A stretch of 64,000 nucleotides of DNA, taken from NCBI GenBank assembly GCA_963805085.1, contig CAWDTA010000002.1:928001-992000 (forward strand), in the 5' to 3' direction. Position 1 is the stretch's first letter. Each line of letters begins with the position of its first letter. Shown here in pieces: positions 10,147 to 18,713 of this stretch. The stretch is from an uncultured Veillonellaceae bacterium. GTDB lineage: Bacteria > Bacillota > Negativicutes > JARBTT01. The notes beneath the pieces were generated by a model. It was not told the DNA's origin and did not search any database. It saw only the letters and a program-made list of their open reading frames with translations. Both the position numbers and the translations under genes were made by a program.

Positions 10147-12186
10147 CTAGTAATCATATGGAGAGTAATTGTCGAATATTTCTGCCATATATTGCCCAAA
10201 GGCAGTTTTATTCTCTGATATATTAAGTGTCATTTGTTGAGATGTATTTAAGAAAGTTTGAAATCCGGTTTCATTAAATTTGAGACCAGAAATTCCGCGA
10301 TGATTACTTTTGTTATTTTTTAAGTAGCGGTGAGCAAGTTCTGACTCTTGCTCTGTATTAGTTAAGCATTTAAGATCTTTACCAGCTTTTCGCTCAATAT
10401 ACATATCTTTTAGTTTATCTTTAAATTTTGTAGTGTTAGAAACTGATATATCTTTATATAAAGTATTAAACCATTCTTTATATCTTGGATAAATATCATC
10501 TTCAGCATCTGCGAAATCATTGGAATCGTCCTTTTGCGAATGATTTGCTTTTTTAAAATCAAAAGTATCGATATAAAACTCCTTAATAAAACTGTAAATA
10601 GTTTCATTCGGATCAGGAATGGAATGTTTTTCATAGTTGGTTGTAGATTCAGCAATTAAATCGTGACCAAGAAGACTAATGCCGTAATTTAAAAAACCTG
10701 TAACAAGAAAAAATAGTTCATAAGCATCAAGGGGGTCATAATTAGCATTTTGTAATTTGCTTCCACAAATAATTACGTCATGTGGTATGGTGTCAGAACC
10801 ATTAGGAATATCATTAGAAGTTTGATAGATTTTAACGTAATGTGAATTGCTACGATAGGTTAGTTTATCGTTAAAAATATTATCGCTATAACAGGTTATA
10901 GCCGTACCAGTAATTAGTTTTGAAAAAATTCCGTTATCAATAGGTGTATTTGTTGTATCAATATTTAAAATATTGCCAAGAATTTTTTCTTTAATTAACT
11001 GATTGATGTTTTCTTTGTTGCATAAAAATTTAGATGAATGTTCGGTGACGTCATAAAATTGGCTAATAGGATAATATCTTCGAAGAGCAACATCTAAAGG
11101 ATCACTATAATCAAGATTTTTAGGGCTTAAAATATAGGAAAATATATCCATCAAAAAATCTCTAATATATTTAGGGTTATCTGAGATTATAATGGTTAAA
11201 TGGTTTAATTGGTTACTGGGGGTCATTTCTTTTAAAAATTCGCGACCTATAAATATTTTGGCAAGCATAACAGCAAGTTGCTTTATAACTAGAATACTTC
11301 CATGAGATATGGCGTAGAGTGTGGGAATTAGTTTAGAAAAATGCTGATCAGGAGAAAAAAAGTATGATTGATTATTGCAAGCTTTTTGTGTTTCTATAAA
11401 CTGTTTATCAAGGTCAATAACTGTATTTGGACTAATATGGAATTTTAGTAAAAGAAACTAGCTAAATTCACTTAATCCTTTTTGGATTTGTTCTTCCCAG
11501 CTAGTTGTTGTACTGATTATTTTCGTTCCTTTGCATGAGCCAAAAAATGTTTTAGCAAGCTGGGAAGAAATAATTTGATATGAATGTGAATATGTAATAT
11601 TAAGTGACATATTTCTTGCCCCACCATTGTTCTTTAAGAATTCACGATGGGTGGATATAAAGGCTGTGAGTTCATCGTCAGTGGGTTTCTGTTTTTTTAG
11701 CATACCATATATATTGCCTTGAGTAGTAGAATTTTGATTTTTGGGTTTATTTTCGGGTTCATAAGTTTGAACTATTATAGTTGTGGGTGTAAACAAGTTT
11801 TTTAGAGGGGTAAAATCGTCCTTTGAAAGATAAACTTGAGAATTTTTACTGGAATAATAAAAAAGATTATCATCAATAACACTATATTCAATAGAATAAG
11901 TAGCAAGTATACAATTTGTGCAAAGTGGTGAAATAAAAGAAATATAAGGGCACTGCTGATTAAGACAAATACTACTACGATATTTTCCAAAGGAAACAAG
12001 TTGATTTTGTTTCCTTTGTTCTGATTGCAAATTCATTTTATAGTTGTTGAAAGATTTTTCTATGTTGTCTAAATAAAAGAATTTTTCAACGTGGTCTTCT
12101 AAATTGAATATATCTGTTTCTGTTATACGAGGAATATCTTTTTCAAGGGTAGAAGAAAAATCATAAGAAGGTTTTGTATTAGACAT
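10147..12186 (-). pseudogene. Single ~679-codon gene split by one in-frame TAG (11458-11460); Cys cluster plus degenerate D5/SF3-helicase-like domain plus C-terminal winged helix
   Basis: The two track ORFs share a frame and the 63 intervening codons are stop-free (checked by hand); GIFSKLITGTAITC and DDIYPRYKEWF...TKFKDKL...GISGLKF resemble D5/P4-primase C-terminal regions. Confidence 0.6.
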
Positions 12187-12249
12187 AAAAGGTTCCTTTC
12201 GACATGTAAGTAATATTCATGATTTACATTTGTTAGTATAAATGGACTT

Positions 12250-12450
12250 TTCGCCAGCATTTCGCCACGGATTCGCCAGCATTTTTGTAACAAATAATAG
12301 AATAATTTCATACTTCGGTATAATAGATGAAAATCCTTTACACAAATAATTTAGAAGATGCGAGAATTATAGGTCTGTTAGGGGTTAAATATTAATTTGT
12401 TCTGCGTATAGATTGCGTTTTCGCCATAAGATTTGCCAGGGTCTGTGCCA
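12250..12450 (+). repeat. Phased TTCGCCA repeats (iteron-like)
   Basis: TTCGCCA at 12250, 12261, 12272 (11-bp period); TTCGCCA/TTTGCCA/TGTGCCA at 12420, 12432, 12444 (12-bp period). Confidence 0.7.
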
Positions 12451-12761
12451 ATGTCAATTTTATAAATGCGCCGATATTTCATGAAAATATCAGTGAGAAT
12501 TTAGACTGTAGAGAGGGAAACAGGTAAACGTGATTATGTGAATTTAATTTTAAATATAAACTAACTATCTAGTAAATGATTATATATGAGTATACTACTA
12601 TATATAAGATTGCCAAGGAGCAAAGCCGATTAAGAATAATTAACTATGATTATGTATATAGAATTATAACTACAAGGTAGAGTTTGTATAACAATTTAAA
12701 ATTGTCCTAACAAAATGGTAGATCAAAAAAATGATCTGCCATTTTTATTTAGGAGGAATTT

Positions 12762-13205
12762 ATGATGAAAGATAATCAAGTGGATAAGAAATCGAAAAAT
12801 GATACGTTGCTAACAGCAAGAGTTGGCACAGAAAGAAAGGCGAAATTTATAGCAATGTGTGAAGAGGCAAAGAAATCTCAGAGTACGGCATTGAGAGAAC
12901 TAATTGATAATGGGAAGGTAGAAATTATTCCTAATGGTGAAGAACTTATAAAAGATGTAGCAGAGATGCGTAAAAAAGTTAATCAGTATAGCTTAAAGAT
13001 GTCTGATGATATTCAAGCTATAAAAAAAGATATACAAGAAATTAATTCGTGTATACAGAGTTATGGATCAGAAAGTGAGCTAGTCAAGATGTATTTAGCA
13101 AAAGCATCGCTGCGGTTGAATGATTTTCAACAGCAATATAACGAAAAAATAACGATATGTACTCGAGTTTTCCCTGCGAGGAGTGGTAATCATGGCAATT
13201 TTTGA
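12762..13205 (+). CDS. mobC: MobC-like relaxosome accessory protein (ribbon-helix-helix)
   Basis: N-terminal LTARVGTERKAKF...SQSTALRELI RHH pattern; overlaps the relaxase start. Confidence 0.6.
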   Translation: MMKDNQVDKKSKNDTLLTARVGTERKAKFIAMCEEAKKSQSTALRELIDNGKVEIIPNGEELIKDVAEMRKKVNQYSLKMSDDIQAIKKDIQEINSCIQSYGSESELVKMYLAKASLRLNDFQQQYNEKITICTRVFPARSGNHGNF

Positions 13206-13695
13206 GGTTAAGAAAGAAAAAAATAAAGATGTAATGCAGTTGTTTCGCAAATTGAATTATATTACGGATTGGTGCTCAACTAGGCAATATTTGATATATG
13301 GGAGTGCAGTTAGTGTCTTGGATGCCTATGAAGAAATGGTAGCAGTTAAAAAGGTATTTGATAAAACAGAACGAAGTGCATTCCGGCATTATGTGTTAAG
13401 CATTGAAGAAAATGAAGCCATTTCTTTAGTAAGCTTTAAGAATCTTGGTATTGAAGTATGTGAGCTGATTTCTAACTTTTATGGGAATTATCAAGTGCTG
13501 ATGGCTGTTCATATAGATACAGGTAATTTGCATATTCATTACGTTGAAAATAGTGTTGATTATTTAACAGGAGAAAGATTTGATCTTAATTGGAGACGGT
13601 TAGAAGAGTTAAAACATCGAATTAGTAAAATACTGCATAAGTATAAATTATCACCTGTAAAAATGAGAGATTTAGCCAATGTAGAAGAATTATGA
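13192..13695 (+). CDS. Short HUH relaxase (MobA/VirD2-like, MOBP type)
   Basis: N-terminal Tyr (KLNYIT), FRHYVLS, HIDTGNLHIH; RBS GAGGAG; only about 167 aa. Confidence 0.85.
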   Translation: MAIFEVKKEKNKDVMQLFRKLNYITDWCSTRQYLIYGSAVSVLDAYEEMVAVKKVFDKTERSAFRHYVLSIEENEAISLVSFKNLGIEVCELISNFYGNYQVLMAVHIDTGNLHIHYVENSVDYLTGERFDLNWRRLEELKHRISKILHKYKLSPVKMRDLANVEEL

Positions 13696-13750
13696 TTCAC
13701 CAAATATAAGATTTTACAATGAAACAAACTATTGGATAATCAAAAGAAAG

Positions 13751-14008
13751 GTGATGAAAATGATTAAAGAAAAACTTAAATTTGAACACAATGCTTTTTT
13801 AACGGCAAAGCAGGTTGCGAATAATTTCTTTCAAGGTCATTTTAAATATCAATGTGTACTGAAAATGACAAGAGAAGGCAAGCTGCCAGCGGTTAAACAA
13901 GGAAAATCCTATGTATATTTGTTATCGGAATTGCAAAAATGGGTTGATAAAAATTTTAGTACACCTGCGTGGGCAGATAAAAATTTTAAATGGCATCAAA
14001 ATAATTAG
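13751..14008 (+). CDS. xis: Excisionase-family HTH protein
   Basis: LTAKQVA...REGKLPAVKQGKSYV...ELQKWV; directly upstream of the integrase. Confidence 0.8.
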   Translation: MMKMIKEKLKFEHNAFLTAKQVANNFFQGHFKYQCVLKMTREGKLPAVKQGKSYVYLLSELQKWVDKNFSTPAWADKNFKWHQNN

Positions 14009-14034
14009 GGGTTAAAAGCAAATAGTTCTAATCG

Positions 14035-14070
14035 AGGAATGCATTCGTTTGAGTGCATTCCTTTTTTATT
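14035..14070 (+). terminator. Terminator-like hairpin between xis and int
   Basis: AGGAATGCATTC-GTTT-GAGTGCATTCCT-TTTTTATT. Confidence 0.7.
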
Positions 14071-14085
14071 TGGGGGGAATAGAAA

Positions 14086-15288
14086 ATGGCAGGGTCAATA
14101 CAAGAGTTAGGTAATAATCGATGGGAGCTTAGAATATCTAATGGATATGATTCAAATCATAAGCAAAGAAGAATAACTAAGACGATTCAAGCAACGTCAC
14201 GTAGACAAGCACAGAAAGCTTTGGACGAATTGAACCTTTCTCTTACAAAAAAGTCTAAAGATAGTGGTGATAATAAAATAACTTTTGGGCAGTTTCTTCA
14301 GTTATGGGATAATCGACATAATTCAAAGTTAAGTATAAGTACTAAAATAGGTCATCAGAATTTGTTGGAAAGTAGAATTATCCCCGTTTTTTATGGAATT
14401 AAGCTAAAAAAAATAACGCCTGAATTAATTTTAGATTTTATCAAGATGCTTAGAGAGCCTAAAAGGAATGCAAATACAGGTGGTGAACTCTCGGCAACAA
14501 GTGTTCATGCTCACTATAAACTTATAAATCACATATTGAATAAAGCCGTAGAATGGGGTTATTTAGCAAGTAATCCATGCAATGAAATTCCAAAAGATGA
14601 GCGTCCACGTCCGGCTTATCAACGACTTCCTATATGGAATGAACAAGAATTAAAAAGATTTTTATTACTGTTGAAGGGGTTAAAAGATAGTCCTACAAAG
14701 ATTAAGCAGGAATTGATGTTTTATATTGCTTTGCTTACAGGAGCACGGCGAGGTGAACTAAGTGCATTAACTTGGGATTGTATTAATTATGAGGAAAAAT
14801 CTATTTATATCAATAAAGCAACAAAGTTTGCAGAAGGAACACAACGATCCTTTGATAAACCAAAAACGAAAGAGTCTATAAGAAAATTATATATAGACGA
14901 GCATGTTGTAAATTTATTTAAAAAACACAAAGAGTATCAAGATAAATATTTGAGTAAATATGGTTATAAAAATCCTAAACAGATTGTGTTTTTAGCAGTT
15001 AGAAAATCAGGCAATGAATTAATGCCAATCAGTGCCAGTTGCTTATATACATGGCTTAATAAGTTTAGTAAAGATAATGGATTTAGCCATATAACAGTTC
15101 ATTCTCTACGACACATGGCAGCGACTTATGCTTTGAATTATGGAGCACCGCTGACAGCAGTACAAACCATGCTGGGGCATACAAATATAAGAACAACTTC
15201 TATTTATCTTCATGCTATTGAAGAAAAAAGAAAAGAGGTAGCAGGAGTGTTATCAAATAATTTGCAAATATTGAGGGGAGAAAATTAA
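14086..15288 (+). CDS. int: Tyrosine integrase (ICEBs1/Tn916-like, with N-terminal arm-binding domain)
   Basis: Catalytic residues: GARRGE (R), PKT (K), HSLRH, LGH, TTSIY (Y); MAGSIQ...WELRIS N-terminal domain. Confidence 0.95.
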   Translation: MAGSIQELGNNRWELRISNGYDSNHKQRRITKTIQATSRRQAQKALDELNLSLTKKSKDSGDNKITFGQFLQLWDNRHNSKLSISTKIGHQNLLESRIIPVFYGIKLKKITPELILDFIKMLREPKRNANTGGELSATSVHAHYKLINHILNKAVEWGYLASNPCNEIPKDERPRPAYQRLPIWNEQELKRFLLLLKGLKDSPTKIKQELMFYIALLTGARRGELSALTWDCINYEEKSIYINKATKFAEGTQRSFDKPKTKESIRKLYIDEHVVNLFKKHKEYQDKYLSKYGYKNPKQIVFLAVRKSGNELMPISASCLYTWLNKFSKDNGFSHITVHSLRHMAATYALNYGAPLTAVQTMLGHTNIRTTSIYLHAIEEKRKEVAGVLSNNLQILRGEN

Positions 15289-15549
15289 ATGAGCGTATAT
15301 GGTGTTTATGGTAAAAATGGTGGTGGAATTTATACTGATTGGTGTTTAGTATTGCAATCAAAAAAATATATTAAAGGATTTAAAGGTAAAAAGTTCAAGA
15401 ATGTTAATGAAGCAGCAAGTTTTGTTGTTAGTAGATTAGAAGAAGATTATGGAATTGTTAGCGTAGGTGAAGTGCCTTTGAACTCGTTTAAAAAATATAA
15501 TTGGTTTTATAGGTTGGAGCAGTTGAGGGGGGCGAATAGGGCTGTATAG
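15289..15549 (+). CDS. Stand-alone RNase H1 N-terminal / caulimovirus viroplasmin (hybrid-binding) domain protein
   Basis: YGV...GIYTDW...IKGFKGKKFKNVNEAASF matches the GIYxxW...KGxxxKKFxxxxEA pattern. Confidence 0.65.
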   Translation: MSVYGVYGKNGGGIYTDWCLVLQSKKYIKGFKGKKFKNVNEAASFVVSRLEEDYGIVSVGEVPLNSFKKYNWFYRLEQLRGANRAV

Positions 15550-16592
15550 TTTAGAAGTACAGAGTAGATATCAATGAAATTTAATGTAAAAAATTAAAAC
15601 TTTTGGTCAGGCTGGATTCAAAATATAACAATAGAGCCTTGACTGAAAGCTTTTTTATACCAAGCATTCAATGGATGATGCAATAATTTTTCACCGATAG
15701 TAATGCGGGAGCTTTTGTGTAAAATCCATATAGTGGGATAAAAGCTAAATCGACTTTCACAAAAAAAATTGACACTGTTGTTCCAATAAGGTATTGTTCA
15801 AATCCATAAAGATCAGCTCACGCAACGGAACTTTATACACCGGTGCTAAATCGGTTAAATTTGCTTGACGTCTTTTGCAAGATACATATCGTGTGGAAAA
15901 GTTATTTGGTAAATAATGAAGTATCGAGCCTTTATCTGCGGAGAGACGATGTTAATAGCCTGTACAAAGTCGGATAAGCTATCGACGGATGGATGATATT
16001 TTCCTTAAGTGTCGCAGTAAAATACCTCCCAATATCATTTTTACTTTGTCTGATATTGGAAATTTACGCAGTTTTTAAATGATATCTGGTAAACAACAGT
16101 TTTGATATCATCATGATTGCCCTGTAGCTCTGTGGATTTTTATTATAGACGTATGGTTACAGTTACGTAGCAGCTAGTATGTCATTCGGCATAAAGTGAA
16201 TTAGCATTATGCGTTTCATGCATAATTTCACTGGTGTGGGTTTTCGTCTAAGATGCATATCGGTTTTCTGTAGCGCTTAATGTCGTGCAGCCTTAGTACG
16301 TTTCTTCTTTTATAATTTAATCGTAAGCTGCATCGTCAAATGTATATTTATGTATATTGGCGTCGGTTTACAGGTAAAAGAGGTGAATTATATACATAAG
16401 CATGTTATAATAATTTTATAACAGCAAAATAACCAAACATTTGAATTACACTAGGGTAAATGTAATCCGTTTCATCAAGGAGCGGACTAAAGAGCGGATT
16501 TTTTGAATGCAGATTGATGAAGCTTAATTAAATGATAGTGGCGTTAAAAATAGACAAAGACCAAAGGGCGTCAATGGATATCATAATCCATT

Positions 16593-16694
16593 CATAAGGT
16601 TGAGGATGTTTAGAAGTTTAAAATTTTCGAAGTTGATGAATGGATTCGTTCCGGCGGCTTGCCCGATAAGGGTGAATTAAGTTCTGTAGAATAG
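16593..16694 (+). pseudogene. Relic of an excisionase-like HTH regulator upstream of the defence operon
   Basis: Hand translation HKVEDV*KFKIFEVDEWIRSGG; family pattern is HKVGRLWKFKxSEVDEWxRSGG, so the Trp codon appears to have become TAG. Confidence 0.65.
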
Positions 16695-16708
16695 CAAGAA
16701 ACAAGGAG

Positions 16709-18709
16709 GTGATACACATGATGCAACAGTCTAGTAGTGTTGAGAACAAAATGTGCAACATCGAAAGTGCTTCTTCTTTATCCTCTAAGATAAAGGAGTC
16801 TTTTTTTGTATGGTTATCCGATGGATATGCAAAAAAATATCCTCCAGCGCTCTGTTTTGCTTGTATTGATAAAGTTTCTGAGTATCTTATTCGTAGAAAG
16901 ATTTCCTCAGTTAGTTTGTGGGAAACAACAAATTTTGGGATGTTTAAAAGTGTCTACAATAAAGCGATCAACGATAATCTTTTTAAAGCGACCGATAAAA
17001 AGACGCATACTATTTTTGTGCAGGCGGGAAAGATCTTTTTAAAGTTTTTGAAAAGCAAACCTGCCATAATAAAGGCGTCTGCCTCTGTTCTTGAACCGCC
17101 GAGTCAGCCTAGTTCTCGGCTTACAATAAAAGAAGCGATCATCCGCGTATTGGAAATCGAACTACACGGCATGACTGCCAAACAGATTTATAACAAGATT
17201 ATCGTAGATGGATTGTACTCTTTTGGCGCACAGAATCCTCAGAATGTTGTACGGGTAGAAATTGACCGTGCGTGCGTAAACTCCAATTATACCGTTCGTG
17301 CTTCTGAGGATTGTTTCAGGTTTGAAAGAAACCAGAAGGGCGAAAAGGTTTATTTTTTATTACCATCAACTTTGACCGACGATACTACTCAATCCAGCAT
17401 TATTGTCGTTGATAAATCTGTTGAACCAAAACGGGCGAGCAAAAAAACTAACAATATTGAAATCTGGAATGACTCCATTAAACGGAATTTTCAAATTTGG
17501 ATGGAGTCGGAGAGTTATGCACCGCTTACCATAAGAAGCTATTGCAGTGCCGTCAATTGCACTGTTCAAAACTTCAAACTATTAGCGGATGCCGCAGCCA
17601 ATGAATCGTCAACCCTGCCAGAGTCTGTTCACAAATTTGTTTGTCTGCTTAATCAGGGCAGCAGATTTATTACTGACAACAGCATGGCGCATAACCAGTT
17701 TTCTGCCGCATTGGAAGCGTTTGTACGGTTTGTTGGCATAGACATATCAATCCCTGCGGGAACTGCTTTCTCAGCTCAAAGTATGGCAGATTCTGAACTT
17801 GACGATATCATAGACCTCGAAGAAGGAAAAAATGGAATTCGTGAAATTTTGAATGCCCATTTCTTAACACTGGATGGATACAGTAATATAGCTATCCTTT
17901 GGAGTGCGGCGCAAAATTCATTGTCGATGTTCCTTAATGATAACGCAATTAACTCCGCCGATGATTTTGGACGTTTTCTCGTTAGTGCGTTCAAAAATGA
18001 GTTTGCTTTCAGTTTACCGCACATATGGCAGAATGAACCAGACTATCCTCGGAGTTCAAGGGGATTAATTATAAACCTTGCCCGTCAACATGGTGGCGTT
18101 GTCACGAGAAAACAAATTGACGGTTTTTTCTCTCGCGTCAAACTAACGTCATTGTATAACTCGTTTGTGTTGGATAAAGGGCAGTTGCTGTTCTGCGATA
18201 ACGAAAAATTCATACTTACTGAGACTGTAAACCCCTCTTATGAACGCTGTTTACTGATTACCAAAGCGTTGAATGCGTTATTTTCCTGCGAGAATATACC
18301 TTTTATCGTTTTGCGTGATATATATTCGTCGTGGTTTTTCTGTCTTCCTGAGTTGCCTAATGGGATACAGTGGACACCATTGCTGCTGCAAGAATTGCTG
18401 CGTATCTGCCCAGAAATTGGCTATCGCATTATTTCATCAGATTTAAAGGGACAGGCTCTTGATACGGTCGGCGCAGCAATTGTACCAAGCAAATCAGAGA
18501 TAGAAAACTTTGCCGATATTGTCCACCGATTTAGTTATGGAAAATACAAGCTACCATTCAAGCTTTCTGCTGAAGAGTTGCGGCTTGACTTGCGGGAAGC
18601 GGGTATGCTCGATGGGAATGAACTTATATATAACATGCACAAAGCATTAAAAGATTACCGTTTTGCGTTTTCTGATGAGAACCGAACAGTTATGATATTG
18701 GAGCGATAG
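16709..18709 (+). CDS. Multi-domain putative DNA-binding protein (HARE-HTH between two related helical domains), first gene of the BREX-4 operon
   Basis: LTIKEAIIRVL...GMTAKQIYNKII..GLYSFGAQNPQNVV is HARE-HTH-like; 4 nt gap to brxP. Confidence 0.6.
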   Translation: MIHMMQQSSSVENKMCNIESASSLSSKIKESFFVWLSDGYAKKYPPALCFACIDKVSEYLIRRKISSVSLWETTNFGMFKSVYNKAINDNLFKATDKKTHTIFVQAGKIFLKFLKSKPAIIKASASVLEPPSQPSSRLTIKEAIIRVLEIELHGMTAKQIYNKIIVDGLYSFGAQNPQNVVRVEIDRACVNSNYTVRASEDCFRFERNQKGEKVYFLLPSTLTDDTTQSSIIVVDKSVEPKRASKKTNNIEIWNDSIKRNFQIWMESESYAPLTIRSYCSAVNCTVQNFKLLADAAANESSTLPESVHKFVCLLNQGSRFITDNSMAHNQFSAALEAFVRFVGIDISIPAGTAFSAQSMADSELDDIIDLEEGKNGIREILNAHFLTLDGYSNIAILWSAAQNSLSMFLNDNAINSADDFGRFLVSAFKNEFAFSLPHIWQNEPDYPRSSRGLIINLARQHGGVVTRKQIDGFFSRVKLTSLYNSFVLDKGQLLFCDNEKFILTETVNPSYERCLLITKALNALFSCENIPFIVLRDIYSSWFFCLPELPNGIQWTPLLLQELLRICPEIGYRIISSDLKGQALDTVGAAIVPSKSEIENFADIVHRFSYGKYKLPFKLSAEELRLDLREAGMLDGNELIYNMHKALKDYRFAFSDENRTVMILER

Positions 18710-18713
18710 ACCT

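Noticed and set aside
11458-11460. Genome-wide TAG recoding
   Set aside because: Several clear genes here terminate at TAG (e.g. ends at 18709, 25271, 27590, 45448, 63632), most with the next gene starting right after.
12250-12450. CRISPR array
   Set aside because: Repeats are 7 bp with 4-5 bp gaps; no cas genes or repeat-spacer array seen in the window.
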